Positions 54,688 to 64,000 of a stretch of DNA of 64,000 bases are shown piece by piece. The position numbers and the translations under genes were made by a program. This stretch comes from a bacterium (GTDB lineage: Bacteria > Patescibacteriota > Minisyncoccia > Minisyncoccales > CG1-02-41-26): positions 15,807 through 79,806 of the forward strand of contig JAUVXX010000002.1 of assembly GCA_030603395.1 (NCBI GenBank), given 5' to 3'. The first letter of the stretch is position 1. Each line of letters starts with the position of its first letter. The notes below the pieces were generated by a model that was not told the origin of the DNA, did not search any database, and saw only the letters and a list, made by a program, of their open reading frames with translations.

Positions 54688-54712
54688 ATTCTAAAATTTT
54701 ACAATACTTTCC

Positions 54713-54741
54713 TTGATTTTTCAATACCTTTGAGATATAAT
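54713..54741 (+). promoter_or_regulatory. promoter TTGATT-17-TATAAT, 8 nt upstream of the rpmE ATG (leaderless-type)
   Basis: -35 at 54713-54718, -10 at 54736-54741, ATG at 54750. Confidence 0.55.
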
Positions 54742-54749
54742 GCTAAAAT

Positions 54750-54974
54750 ATGAAGAAAGATATTCATCCCAAATATTATCCCAAAGCAAAGGTTCACTGC
54801 GCCTGCGGCCATAATTTTGAAGTTGGCTCCTCTCAAGAATTTATTGAAACGGAAATCTGTTTCCATTGTCATCCCTTTTATACCGGTAAAGAGAAGATAA
54901 TTGATGTTGCCGGGAGAGTGGAAAAATTCAAAAAGCGATTGGCCAAAAAAGCAGAACTAAAAAAGAAGAGGTAA
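54750..54974 (+). CDS. rpmE: 50S ribosomal protein L31
   Basis: [10 protein letters not shown].., CxxG..C..HPFYTGK zinc-ribbon pattern. Confidence 0.9.
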   Translation: MKKDIHPKYYPKAKVHCACGHNFEVGSSQEFIETEICFHCHPFYTGKEKIIDVAGRVEKFKKRLAKKAELKKKR

Positions 54975-54975
54975 A

Positions 54976-55707
54976 ATGACGAAAGATTCAGTAATTGTAG
55001 AAATAAGAGCGGGGGCTGGCGGAGAAGAAGCCGCCCTTTTTGCTAAGGACTTGTTTAAGATGTATTCAAAATATGGCGCCTCCCAGGGTTGGCAGCAGAA
55101 GATTTTGGATTCAAGTATTTCAGAAATGGGTGGTTTTAAACAAATCGTCTTCATTCTCAGGAATGGTCAAGTTCTCTCAAAAATGAAATATGAGGGAGGC
55201 GTCCATCGAGTTCAAAGAATACCCAAAACAGAAAAAGCAAACCGAATTCACACCTCAACTGTTTCAGTGGCTGTTTTGCCACAACCCCAGGAAACTGAAA
55301 TCAAGCTCAGTCCTCAGGATATAAGAACGGAAACCTTCAAAGCTTCAGGACCCGGTGGGCAATACGTCAACAAACGCCAAACGGCGATTCGGATTATCCA
55401 TTTGCCAACCGGAATTTCTGTCGCTTCCCAAACCTCAAGAAACCTTGCCGAAAATAAAAAAGCTGCCCTGGAAATTCTAGCGGCTAAACTTTTTGCTAAA
55501 GAACAGGAGGAAATGGAAAGTGCCAGGGCACAAGAAAGGAAATCCCAAATTGGTCGAGCTCAACGAGCCGAAAAAATAAGGACCTACAATTTCCCCCAAG
55601 ACAGAATTACCGACCACCGAATAAAAAAAACCTGGCACAATCTTGAAAAGATAATGGCAGGGAATTTAAGACCAATAATCAAAAAACTGGGCCAATTGCT
55701 TAACTAA
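54976..55707 (+). CDS. prfA: peptide chain release factor 1 lacking the N-terminal domain 1
   Basis: 243 aa. Starts at the equivalent of E. coli RF1 residue ~105 (VEIRAGAGGEEAALFA). Contains a P-x-T codon-recognition tripeptide (IPKTEKANRIHTS) and GGQ (SGPGGQYVNK). Confidence 0.8.
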   Translation: MTKDSVIVEIRAGAGGEEAALFAKDLFKMYSKYGASQGWQQKILDSSISEMGGFKQIVFILRNGQVLSKMKYEGGVHRVQRIPKTEKANRIHTSTVSVAVLPQPQETEIKLSPQDIRTETFKASGPGGQYVNKRQTAIRIIHLPTGISVASQTSRNLAENKKAALEILAAKLFAKEQEEMESARAQERKSQIGRAQRAEKIRTYNFPQDRITDHRIKKTWHNLEKIMAGNLRPIIKKLGQLLN

Positions 55708-55735
55708 GTTAAGCAATTTTTAAGTTATTTCTAAT

Positions 55736-57073
55736 TCATCTTGGGATAAAAATTAACTTCTCACATCTTTCAGTCATGGTACCCCGATCAATAAAAGCTT
55801 GAAGACAATTAGCCCGAGTAATCACTAAATTCCCATAGAATTCTTCGTATTTTGTCCAGGAAGCTCCGGAGAAATATCTCATAGCCGCTAAAAATTCATT
55901 TTGGGCTGCTCCAAGATCTCTTAAATACAAAGCTGAAGCTAAAAAGGCGTGACGGATATCCCAGGGATTGGGAATGCCTTCAATATATCCTTCTAATACT
56001 GGCTGGCGAGCCGCCCAGGTTGAAGGAATAAATTGAGCAGGTCCCATTGCCCCCCCATAACCAAAAGCCATGGGGCAAGAAACTAAAGTATTATAAGGAT
56101 CTCGGTCTAGCTCCTGAGTAATATTTAAGAAAGGAGGTACATCTCGAGTCGGATGCATAATCCGACGTTTTCTATTTTCCGCCGGATCTCGGGGTAAATA
56201 ACACTGGCCAACATTTCTACCCAAAGCTGATTCTTGAGTAATTACGGCTAATAAAAAGGCTGGTTTTATTCCGGTTTGTTTTTGAATCCACTCGGCCAGC
56301 TCCAGGGCCTCACCAAAAGTCGGGGCTTCGGGCACTCCGATTAACTCAAAAATTCTTGCCTCTATTTCTGCTGCTTTTCTTTCGGTTTCTTCTTTCTCTC
56401 GGAGATACTTTTGATATTCCGCTTCGGTTAATTTCAAGAAATATTCTTGGGTTCTCTTGGCACCGGCACTCTCTTGTTTTTGAAGCAGCTGAATGGTTAC
56501 TATGTTCTCTAAATCGTCTTTTTCTTCAACCATAGTGTCCTTCTGGCTTTCTAGAGAACCTTTCAAACCCTTGATATCAGTTAGCAGATCTTGAGTCTCC
56601 AGATTCAGGGCTTCCAGAGCCATTAAATCGTCAAAAAAATCAGCCAAGCTTTCTTCGGCCAAAAATATCTCCAAAAGGCTCCTTTGGTCTTCCTCGTAAC
56701 GAAGTTGTAAAATACTGGCTAAGTTATCTTTAACCTCGTCAATTTTTAAACTTGTTACATCAATTGAAGTTTGAGTATCTCCAATTTGAAAATTAAGGTC
56801 TCCGATGATTAAATTATTTCGATAAGCCTGATAATCTAATTGTTCAATTCTTTTTCCTAAAATATAAATTTCATTCTGGAGGCTTTTTTTCTCCTGCTGG
56901 GTTTTAGTGATATCCTCTTCATATTGGGCGATTTGCTCCTCAAGTTCCCTTAACTCCGCCTCCAGGGCTTCTCTCTCCTCAGTTGAGGTCTGGGCAAAAC
57001 CTCTGAAGTTGGGAAATAAAAAAACAATAATAAGAATACCGAGCAAGACTGTTTTTGTGAAACGAGAAAACAT
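55736..57073 (-). CDS. secreted coiled-coil protein with C-terminal MltB/SLT_2-like lytic transglycosylase domain
   Basis: TM/signal region, ~200-aa coiled coil, then AVITQESALGRN and YGGAMGPAQFIPSTW. The start is placed at MFSRFTK (57073) to avoid overlap with rplY; the track start is 57121. Confidence 0.6.
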   Translation of the reverse strand: MFSRFTKTVLLGILIIVFLFPNFRGFAQTSTEEREALEAELRELEEQIAQYEEDITKTQQEKKSLQNEIYILGKRIEQLDYQAYRNNLIIGDLNFQIGDTQTSIDVTSLKIDEVKDNLASILQLRYEEDQRSLLEIFLAEESLADFFDDLMALEALNLETQDLLTDIKGLKGSLESQKDTMVEEKDDLENIVTIQLLQKQESAGAKRTQEYFLKLTEAEYQKYLREKEETERKAAEIEARIFELIGVPEAPTFGEALELAEWIQKQTGIKPAFLLAVITQESALGRNVGQCYLPRDPAENRKRRIMHPTRDVPPFLNITQELDRDPYNTLVSCPMAFGYGGAMGPAQFIPSTWAARQPVLEGYIEGIPNPWDIRHAFLASALYLRDLGAAQNEFLAAMRYFSGASWTKYEEFYGNLVITRANCLQAFIDRGTMTERCEKLIFIPR

Positions 57074-57083
57074 ATTTGATTTG

Positions 57084-57794
57084 TTATTTGGATTTTCCTT
57101 TCCCTTTTTCTTTCTTTTCACCTCCCTCCTCCCTCTTTTCTTCCTCCGGCTTCTCTCCTTCCGCTGGCTTTTCCTCCCCTGCCTTCTCTTCTTCTTCCTT
57201 CTCGGCTTCTTCAGCTGCTACTTCCTCCTCTTCTTCCTCCGCTGGTGGAACAACATTGGCTACCATTTCATCGGACTCCCTTGAAATCTTAATCCCTTCA
57301 GGAATTTTTAAATCGCCGATTGAAATTCTATCCTCAAACGTTTTAAGACCCCCTACATCCACTTTAATTTCCCGGGGCAGATTCTGGGCCAACCCTTTAA
57401 CCTCCACCACTTGTATCTCCTTGACTAAAGTGCCGTCCAACTCTTTAACGGCCGGAGGTTCCCCCTCAAAAACCAAGGGAATTTCTGCTTCAACTTCTTT
57501 GGTGGAGGAGGGATGATAAAAATCAACATGCAAAAATTTTCCTTCCACCGGGTCTCGAGCTATCTCGTGGATTAAAACCTGCCATTTCTTGGGAGGATTT
57601 TTACCAACCTCTAAGGAAACCAAGGAGCTCTCCCCTGCTTCGCCGTAAACCTTTTCAAATTCTTTCTCGTCAACCTCCAGAGAGAGATTTTTAATTTCCG
57701 GCCCATATAAAACAGCCGGCAATACTTTGTTTTTTCTCAACTCTTTTAATCCCTTGCCAACTTTTTCTCTAATTTTAGCTTTAAGTGAAAGCAT
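57084..57794 (-). CDS. rplY: 50S ribosomal protein L25 / Ctc with Glu/Lys-rich C-terminal tail
   Basis: LRKNKVLPAVLYG N-terminus, two-domain Ctc form, and a ~50-aa acidic low-complexity tail. Confidence 0.8.
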   Translation of the reverse strand: MLSLKAKIREKVGKGLKELRKNKVLPAVLYGPEIKNLSLEVDEKEFEKVYGEAGESSLVSLEVGKNPPKKWQVLIHEIARDPVEGKFLHVDFYHPSSTKEVEAEIPLVFEGEPPAVKELDGTLVKEIQVVEVKGLAQNLPREIKVDVGGLKTFEDRISIGDLKIPEGIKISRESDEMVANVVPPAEEEEEEVAAEEAEKEEEEKAGEEKPAEGEKPEEEKREEGGEKKEKGKGKSK

Positions 57795-57796
57795 AT

Positions 57797-58015
57797 CTAC
57801 TCTTTAATTTTAATAATTTGTACCGGGCAGACCTCAACTGCCTCTGGGGCACAACCAAGGTCTGAAATCTCAAGTGTTTCCACCTCTGTTTTAGAATCCT
57901 CTTGAGAGCCCTTCAAATGGGCTTTTCCCGCTTCAATCATTTCAAAATATTTGGGACACAAACTAACACAACTTCCACAACCAATACATTTTGCTTTTTC
58001 ATGAATTATTTTCAT
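57797..58015 (-). CDS. small 4Fe-4S ferredoxin
   Basis: CIGCGSCVSLCP plus a distal CP (VCPVQI). The start is placed at MKIIHEK, giving a 4-nt overlap with the upstream kinase gene. Confidence 0.65.
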   Translation of the reverse strand: MKIIHEKAKCIGCGSCVSLCPKYFEMIEAGKAHLKGSQEDSKTEVETLEISDLGCAPEAVEVCPVQIIKIKE

Positions 58016-59004
58016 AGTGGTTTTTTGATTACTTTCACTCTCGGCCATGAACCCCAATCATCCTTCTTAAGTAAGCCGTTTTTAGCTCCGACTTTCTGGA
58101 TACAACTCGTCGCATTGGCAGTTGCCAGTTGAATAGCATATCTTATATCATTTTTTTTCAAAAGTCCACTCAAAAACCCGCTTCCATAAGCATCTCCAGC
58201 TCCGGTTTTCTCAAGGGGCAAAATCGAGGGAGCGGGAGCCTCAAAAACATATTTACCATCAGAAACCACTGAACCCTCCCTGCCTCCCGTTACCACCACT
58301 ATGCCTCTGGTAAGAGAATTCAATTTTTTAATCGTCATCTCTTGGTTCTGTGCGGGAATTTTTGTTAAGAGAGCCGCTTCCTCTTTATTTAAGATTAAAA
58401 CGTCAATCTGGGAGAGAATTGGCTTCAAAACTTCTTCTCCCAAATTCAGTTGTCTTGATCCCGGATTGACAGCCACCTTTATCTTGTGCTCTCTGGCAAA
58501 TTTTACCAAGGGTTCAAAAAGCTGAACTGATTTCTCGCTTAAAGGCGCCAGATAAAACCATCTAACCTTGGTCAACTTTTCCCAGGGAATATCTGCCCCG
58601 TCCATAAAATGGCAAGCCCCCCGATAAAGTAAAATCGTTCTTTCCCCAATGGGGGAAGAAAGAATAACCGAGTAGGCGGTGGGGTGTTTTTTATCTTTTT
58701 TGATAAACTGAGTTTCCACCTTAAACTTTTTCAGTTCTTCAATCACTGCTTCTCCTCTTTTATCATTACTCACCTTGCTGCAACAAGCCACCTTGAATCC
58801 TTGATGGCTGAAAGTGCAGGCACTGTTGGTGGCTCCTCCCCCGCTGGCCACCTGCAAATTCTCAATAAATATTTTGGCTCCCAGGGGAAAACAAATAGAT
58901 TTGCTTTCTTGGGCTTCCCTCTCTTCCAAAATTCGATAATTCTCTTTCTTTAATCTCAAGAAACTATCCCTGGTCGCCGACCCAAATGTAACAATGTCGT
59001 ACAT
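58012..59004 (-). CDS. PfkB-family carbohydrate kinase
   Basis: GGGATN and TGAGDAYGSGF motifs of the ribokinase fold. Confidence 0.75.
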   Translation of the reverse strand: MYDIVTFGSATRDSFLRLKKENYRILEEREAQESKSICFPLGAKIFIENLQVASGGGATNSACTFSHQGFKVACCSKVSNDKRGEAVIEELKKFKVETQFIKKDKKHPTAYSVILSSPIGERTILLYRGACHFMDGADIPWEKLTKVRWFYLAPLSEKSVQLFEPLVKFAREHKIKVAVNPGSRQLNLGEEVLKPILSQIDVLILNKEEAALLTKIPAQNQEMTIKKLNSLTRGIVVVTGGREGSVVSDGKYVFEAPAPSILPLEKTGAGDAYGSGFLSGLLKKNDIRYAIQLATANATSCIQKVGAKNGLLKKDDWGSWPRVKVIKKPL

Positions 59005-59005
59005 A

Positions 59006-61384
59006 TTATTTTTTTAGTTTAGCTAAATTTAAGATTGTTTTAATGACCGTATCGGGATTTAAGGATATGCTTTCAATCCCCTCTTTCATTAAAAACTCAG
59101 CAAACTCCGGAAGATCGCTGGGACCCTGGCCGCAGATTCCGCAGTATTTCTTTTTCATTTTACAAAGTCGGATAACTTTTGAAACCATTTTTTTGATTGC
59201 GAGGTTTCTCTCATCACCAATCTTTTGCAGATAAGCATTATCTCGATCAATACCCAAAGCTAATTGAGTCAAATCGTTACTGCCAATGGACATACCATCA
59301 AATATCTTTAAAAACTCTTCAGCTAAAATCACATTGGAGGGAATTTCACACATCACATAAACCTCAAGTCCATTTTTGCCTCTTTCAAGTCCGGCTTTTT
59401 TCATTATTGTCAAAACCTTTTTTCCTTCTTCAACCGTCCGACAAAAAGGTATCATCACTTTTACATTTTTCAGACCAAAAACGTCGCGAACCCTCTTTAT
59501 TGCCTGACATTCCATCAAGAAGGCAGGTTTGAATTTTTCATCATAATACCGGGAGGCCCCTCGCCAACCAAGCATTGGATTGGCTTCATCTTTTGGTTCA
59601 AATAGTTCTCCGCCAATTAAATTTCGATATTCATTGGTTTTAAAATCAGAGAACCTGACAATCACCTCTTTGGGATAAAAAGCTGCGGCAATTTGAGCAA
59701 TCCCCTCAGCCAACTCTTTGATAAAGTACTCTTTTTTATCCTTGTGTTCAATGGTGATATTTTCAATTTTCTTTTTAATTACCTTGTTTCTTAATTTATT
59801 AAAGTGGTAAAGCGCCAAAGGGTGAACTCTTATTTTTTCAGCGATGATAAATTCCTCTCTGGCTAAGCCCACTCCATCATTGGGCAAAAACGAGGTTTTA
59901 AAAGCAATCTCTGGCGCTCCAATGTTTATCATAATCTTGGTTTTCAATTTGGGAATTTTCTTTAAGTCATATCTTTTTATCTTGAAGGAAACTTTTCCCA
60001 AATAAATTCTTCCGTTTAATCCCTGGGTGCAATCAACAGTTACCAGCTTTCCAGTTTTTAAAATTTGGGTTGCTCTTTCGGTGCCTACAATACAAGGGAT
60101 ACCCAATTCGCGACTCACAATTGCACTGTGGCAGGTTTTTCCTCCTTCATCAGTAACAATGGCTGAGCAATTTCTCATTATCGGAAGCCAATCGGGGTCG
60201 GTCATTTTTGTTACCAAAACTTCTCCTTTCTTGAATTGGGAAATTTTTGAAACGTCAGGAATTAAACGAACTTTACCAAAGCCGATTTTATCGCCGATGG
60301 CCGTGCCTCTTAACAGGGGCGGCTTTTTTGTTTTTATTTGATATTCCTCGAAAACCCTGCCTTTTTTGAGGGCGTGAACAGTTTCTGGTCTTGACTGGAT
60401 AATAAAGAGCTCCCCGGTTTTTCCATCTTTGGCCCACTCAATATCTTGAGGAATCTTATAAAGCTCTTCAATCACAAGGGCCCAGCGAGCTAAAGTTAAG
60501 ATTTCATCATCAGTCAAAGAAAATTTGAGCTGTTTTGAAGAAAGGACATTCACTTCTTTCAATCCTCCTTTTTTATGATAGATATATTTTCTTGTCTTCC
60601 TGCCTAAGTTTTTTAGAATGATTGACCGATATCCCTGTTTTAAAGTTGGCTTGAAAATATAAAATTCATCAGGGGTAATCTTTCCTTTAACAATAAGTTC
60701 TCCTATTCCATAAATTGAATTTATCAAAACTACGTTGTCAAAGCCCGTCTCGGTATCTAAGGTGAACATCACCCCGGAAGATGCCAGGTCGCTTCTTGCC
60801 ATTTTTTGAACGCCAACCGAGAGAGCAAATTTTAATTGGGGAAATCCTTTTTCCTGGCGATAAGCAATCACCCTATCATTAAAAGTTGAGGCCAGACATT
60901 TTTTTACGGCTGTTAAGAGTTTGTCTTTTCCTTTAATGTTTAAAAATGTTTCAAACTGGCCGGCAAACGATGCCTCGGGAGCATCCTCGCAAACCCCAGA
61001 AGACCTCACCGCCACGTCGGCATTTTCTTCTCGGTATTTTTTGCTCAATTTTTTATACGCCTTCTCAATCTCTCGTTTCAAATCTTCTGGGAATTCCGCT
61101 TTTAAAATAAGGGTTCTGGCTGCTTGGCCTGTTTCCTGTAAGCTCTTTAAATTTGCTGGATTAAAATTTTTAAAGATTTCTTTTAATTTCTTGTCAATTT
61201 TGTTCTTCCTCAAGAAATACCAATAAGCACGAGTGCTTAAGCTGAAGCCATCAGGAATATTTACCCCGTTTCTGCTCAATTTTGAGAGCATCTCTCCCAA
61301 AGAGGCATTTTTCCCTCCCACCAAACAAATATCCTTGGAGGAAATTTCCTTAAACCACAGAATATACTTTTGAGATTTTTTCAT
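59006..61384 (-). CDS. ppsA: phosphoenolpyruvate synthase (pyruvate, water dikinase)
   Basis: 792 aa: ATP-grasp N-terminus, phospho-His region GGKTCHSAIVSRELGIP, C-terminal PEP-utilising TIM barrel. Confidence 0.9.
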   Translation of the reverse strand: MKKSQKYILWFKEISSKDICLVGGKNASLGEMLSKLSRNGVNIPDGFSLSTRAYWYFLRKNKIDKKLKEIFKNFNPANLKSLQETGQAARTLILKAEFPEDLKREIEKAYKKLSKKYREENADVAVRSSGVCEDAPEASFAGQFETFLNIKGKDKLLTAVKKCLASTFNDRVIAYRQEKGFPQLKFALSVGVQKMARSDLASSGVMFTLDTETGFDNVVLINSIYGIGELIVKGKITPDEFYIFKPTLKQGYRSIILKNLGRKTRKYIYHKKGGLKEVNVLSSKQLKFSLTDDEILTLARWALVIEELYKIPQDIEWAKDGKTGELFIIQSRPETVHALKKGRVFEEYQIKTKKPPLLRGTAIGDKIGFGKVRLIPDVSKISQFKKGEVLVTKMTDPDWLPIMRNCSAIVTDEGGKTCHSAIVSRELGIPCIVGTERATQILKTGKLVTVDCTQGLNGRIYLGKVSFKIKRYDLKKIPKLKTKIMINIGAPEIAFKTSFLPNDGVGLAREEFIIAEKIRVHPLALYHFNKLRNKVIKKKIENITIEHKDKKEYFIKELAEGIAQIAAAFYPKEVIVRFSDFKTNEYRNLIGGELFEPKDEANPMLGWRGASRYYDEKFKPAFLMECQAIKRVRDVFGLKNVKVMIPFCRTVEEGKKVLTIMKKAGLERGKNGLEVYVMCEIPSNVILAEEFLKIFDGMSIGSNDLTQLALGIDRDNAYLQKIGDERNLAIKKMVSKVIRLCKMKKKYCGICGQGPSDLPEFAEFLMKEGIESISLNPDTVIKTILNLAKLKK

Positions 61385-61389
61385 ATAAA

Positions 61390-61890
61390 TTATTTACATT
61401 GGCCAGAATAAAAAGGTATTGAAACACTAATGTCATCTCCACCCCCTATTGTCTTGTCGGAACCTGCCGACCTTAACAAATCCAGTCGGCAAGGATCAGC
61501 TGGAGACTCAAATTCATTTTCATCTACCAAATATGGAGAACCCCAGCCATCTCTCATTCCCGAAGGCAAATTAATCTTAGCTGCCACATTTTCCCAATTC
61601 AAAATACACTGATGGTCATCCGGTAAAATACTTAGGTCATCAATATCCCGACAGACACAATCAGAACAGCCATTACCGGTGATATTTTTAAGGACGTCAT
61701 TGTGTATATATTGAGCTATTATTATCGAGCTGTAAATTTGGTTTATATCATGCTGGGTGGTTGATGTTTTTAGTTTCTCTTGTGAGATGTTATGGGTCAT
61801 CAACACGGTGCTAGCCAGAATTCCGATAATGGCAATCACCACCAAAAGTTCAAGCACCGTAAACCCCGTTTGAAAAGTTTTTTTATCCAC
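61390..61890 (-). CDS. type IV pilin / T2SS pseudopilin GspG-like protein
   Basis: Prepilin signature GFTVLELLVVIAIIGILA and DGWGSPY (GspG-like DxWGxxY). A GTG at 61890 gives a normal short leader (VDKKTFQTG|FT); the track ATG at 61947 lies inside acs. Confidence 0.65.
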   Translation of the reverse strand: MDKKTFQTGFTVLELLVVIAIIGILASTVLMTHNISQEKLKTSTTQHDINQIYSSIIIAQYIHNDVLKNITGNGCSDCVCRDIDDLSILPDDHQCILNWENVAAKINLPSGMRDGWGSPYLVDENEFESPADPCRLDLLRSAGSDKTIGGGDDISVSIPFYSGQCK

Positions 61891-63817
61891 AAACAATTTT
61901 CTTAATCTTTTCCACGCTCTGGGGATTAGCCAGGGTTGAAAGGTCACCCAGAGGTTCTCCAGTGAATAACTTTTTCAGAATCCGACGCATAATCTTGCCC
62001 GACCTTGTCTTGGGCAAATCTTCAACTAAATAAACCTCCTGGGGTAGGACAATCGGCCCAATTTCTTTTTTAACCTGCTCTACCACCTCTTTTTTTAATT
62101 GTTCAACCGGTTTTTCTGTTTTTTTGGAAACCACAAAAGCTATCGGCACCTCTCCCTTGATTTCATCCGGCTTCCCCACCACGGCGCACCCGATGATGTC
62201 TTCGTGCAAAGCAATGGCGCTTTCCAGCTCTCCAATGGTTATTCGGTGGCCCGCCACCTTAATAACATCATCCACCCTGCCAACAATCCTTACCAGTCCC
62301 GCTTTGTCCCTGTAGGCGGCATCGGAAGTAAAATAAATTTCTTTGCCATATTGTTTCCAATAGGTTTCCAGATATTTTTTGGAGTTTTTGTAAACTCCTC
62401 GTAAAAATCCTGGAGCAAAGGGTGGTAGAATAACCAAATTCCCTTGCTGGTCCGGCCCCAGGGATTTTCCCTTGTTATCTAAAATATCAATCTTAACGCC
62501 CGGGAAAGGCAAACCAATAAATGAGGGTTTGAAAGGTCCCATGCCTGGCAGAGAGCTAATTAAAATTCCACCGCTCTCTGTCTGCCACCAAGTATCAACG
62601 ATGGGACATCTCCTCTTGCCCACTTTTTCAAAATACCAATACCAAGCCGCCTCGTCAAATATCTCACCAACCGAACCTAAAATTCGCAAACTATCTAATT
62701 TATGTTTTTTCAGAAAATCCTCTCCATATTTTTCAAACATCCTGATGGCGGTTGGCGCAGTATAAAAAACTGTTACTTGATGTTTATCAACAATCTGGCA
62801 CCATCTATCGGGCTCGGGCCAATCAGGCGCTCCCTCAAAAATGAGAGTGGTGATGCCATTTAATAAGGGAGAATAAACTCCGTAGGTATGCCCGGTAATC
62901 CATCCTATATCAGCTGTACACCAAAAAATGTCATTCTCATGCCAATCAAATATCCATTTGCCGGTAAATTTTGCCTGAACAGCATAGCCACCGCAAGTGT
63001 GCATTATCTGCTTGGGGTGACCAGTACTTCCACTGGTTGCCAATAAAAACAGTAAGTCCTCCGAGTCCATTATTTCAGGCTGGCACTGGTCGCTCTCATC
63101 CTTTACCAACTCATGCCACCAGAGATCTCGCCCCTCCTGCCAGGGAATTTCGTTGCCTGCCCTTTTGACTACAATTACCTTCTCTACCTCTGTCTCTTTA
63201 ACGCCCTCATCGGCATTTTCTTTCAAATTCATAATCTTTCCTCTCCTGTAATATCCATCAGCCGTGATTAGAATCTTAGCTCCCGTGTCTTGTAATCTTA
63301 TCTTCAGAGCAGCTGGTGAAAAAGCTGAAAAAACCACGCTGTGAACGGCCCCTATCCTGGCACAACTCAACATGGCAATGATGGCTTCAGGAACCATAGG
63401 CAGATAAATACCGACCCTGTCTCCTTTTTTCACTCCAAGTTTCTTTAAGACATTACTGAACTTATTAACCTCCCTTAAAAGTTCTTGGTAACTCAAAACC
63501 CTGGCTTGTTCCTCAATGGGTTCAGGAATCCAAATCAAGGCCGGCTTATTTGCCCTTTCCTTTAAATTTTCATCAAGAGCATTTTGGGTAATATTTATCT
63601 TCCCTCCCTTGAACCACTCAAAGTAAGGCGGGTCGTGAGAAAACCCTTTCTCCCATTTTTTTGACCACTTGAGGTCTTGAGCTAATTCTTCCCAAAATTT
63701 AACCGGGTCTTTGGCTGCTTTTTGATAAATCGCTTCATCTTTCAGCTGAGCCCCTTTTTTAAGTTCTTCCCCGGGGAAATACAAATCCCCTTTTTTGATT
63801 ATGTCTTCTTTTCCCAT
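61883..63817 (-). CDS. acs: acetyl-CoA synthetase
   Basis: 644 aa: AMP-binding motif SGSTGHPKQIMH, YWQTETGG-like WWQTESGG, C-terminal PKTRSGKIMRR. Confidence 0.9.
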   Translation of the reverse strand: MGKEDIIKKGDLYFPGEELKKGAQLKDEAIYQKAAKDPVKFWEELAQDLKWSKKWEKGFSHDPPYFEWFKGGKINITQNALDENLKERANKPALIWIPEPIEEQARVLSYQELLREVNKFSNVLKKLGVKKGDRVGIYLPMVPEAIIAMLSCARIGAVHSVVFSAFSPAALKIRLQDTGAKILITADGYYRRGKIMNLKENADEGVKETEVEKVIVVKRAGNEIPWQEGRDLWWHELVKDESDQCQPEIMDSEDLLFLLATSGSTGHPKQIMHTCGGYAVQAKFTGKWIFDWHENDIFWCTADIGWITGHTYGVYSPLLNGITTLIFEGAPDWPEPDRWCQIVDKHQVTVFYTAPTAIRMFEKYGEDFLKKHKLDSLRILGSVGEIFDEAAWYWYFEKVGKRRCPIVDTWWQTESGGILISSLPGMGPFKPSFIGLPFPGVKIDILDNKGKSLGPDQQGNLVILPPFAPGFLRGVYKNSKKYLETYWKQYGKEIYFTSDAAYRDKAGLVRIVGRVDDVIKVAGHRITIGELESAIALHEDIIGCAVVGKPDEIKGEVPIAFVVSKKTEKPVEQLKKEVVEQVKKEIGPIVLPQEVYLVEDLPKTRSGKIMRRILKKLFTGEPLGDLSTLANPQSVEKIKKIVCG

Positions 63818-63840
63818 ATTTATTTATTTTAACAAAAAAA

Positions 63841-63872
63841 TCAAAAATAAAAAAGCTATGCAGAACATAGCT
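63841..63872 (-). terminator. rho-independent terminator after the gap fragment
   Basis: Minus strand: agctatg-ttctg-catagct followed by ttttttatttttg. Confidence 0.65.
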
Positions 63873-63899
63873 ATTCAAATTTCTAAAGAATTCAACTTT

Positions 63900-64000
<101 letters not shown>

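Noticed and set aside
56907-57516. Plus-strand ORFs 56907..57284 and 57076..57516, rich in Ser/Phe/Leu repeats.
   Set aside because: They are antisense to the Glu/Lys-rich tail of L25 and to the start of the transglycosylase gene, and simply mirror purine-rich coding DNA.
61883-61891. A third perfect DnaA box, TTATCCACA.
   Set aside because: It is created by the acs codons TGT GGA TAA and lacks the flanking AG..GTTGAC of the 17-mer, so it is coincidental.

Overview
Gene-dense, low-GC bacterial chromosome segment. Short housekeeping genes, frequent 4-nt gene overlaps, sparse metabolism and rRNA genes carrying insertions fit a Candidate Phyla Radiation / Patescibacteria (Parcubacteria-like) organism; this taxon call is an inference. 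UGA is used as a stop codon, so the standard code applies. Content: (i) an 8-kb minus-strand operon (415-8368) containing fmt and an AMMECR1 / LigB-Memo-like / radical-SAM triad, interrupted by a geranylgeranyl-reductase-like flavoprotein and two lycopene-cyclase-domain-like membrane proteins. (ii) Cell-wall and division genes: murC; dac-mraY-murD-ftsW-murG; murF-femAB-ftsQ; mreC-mreD-PBP2. (iii) Five aminoacyl-tRNA synthetases: tyrS, aspS, gltX, serS, lysS. (iv) grpE-dnaK-dnaJ followed 2 nt later by tRNA-Lys. (v) Ribosomal and translation genes: rpmA, rplI, rpsB, tsf, rpmE, rplY, and an RF1 lacking its N-terminal domain. (vi) ppsA, acs, a PfkB kinase and a gap fragment. (vii) A minus-strand rRNA locus. 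The rRNA locus is the most unusual part. The 16S gene carries an ~840-bp insertion encoding a LAGLIDADG endonuclease at the decoding-centre sequence. Its 3' tail lacks CCUCC at the canonical position, and an AUCACCUC copy lies 75 nt further downstream. tRNA-Ile and tRNA-Ala follow, then three protein genes, then a 23S gene with its own promoter, then 5S. The 23S gene contains a 253-nt ORF-less candidate group I intron at site L1931 and a 162-nt expansion built of tandem heptamers. Most genes lack a Shine-Dalgarno sequence, and several have a -10 box only 6-8 nt from the ATG, suggesting leaderless mRNAs. Three terminator-bounded orphan genes, one visibly GC-richer than its surroundings, carry strong canonical SD sites. 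No CRISPR array, transposase or recognisable defence system was seen. All calls come from reading the sequence and the ORF translations by eye; no searches were run.
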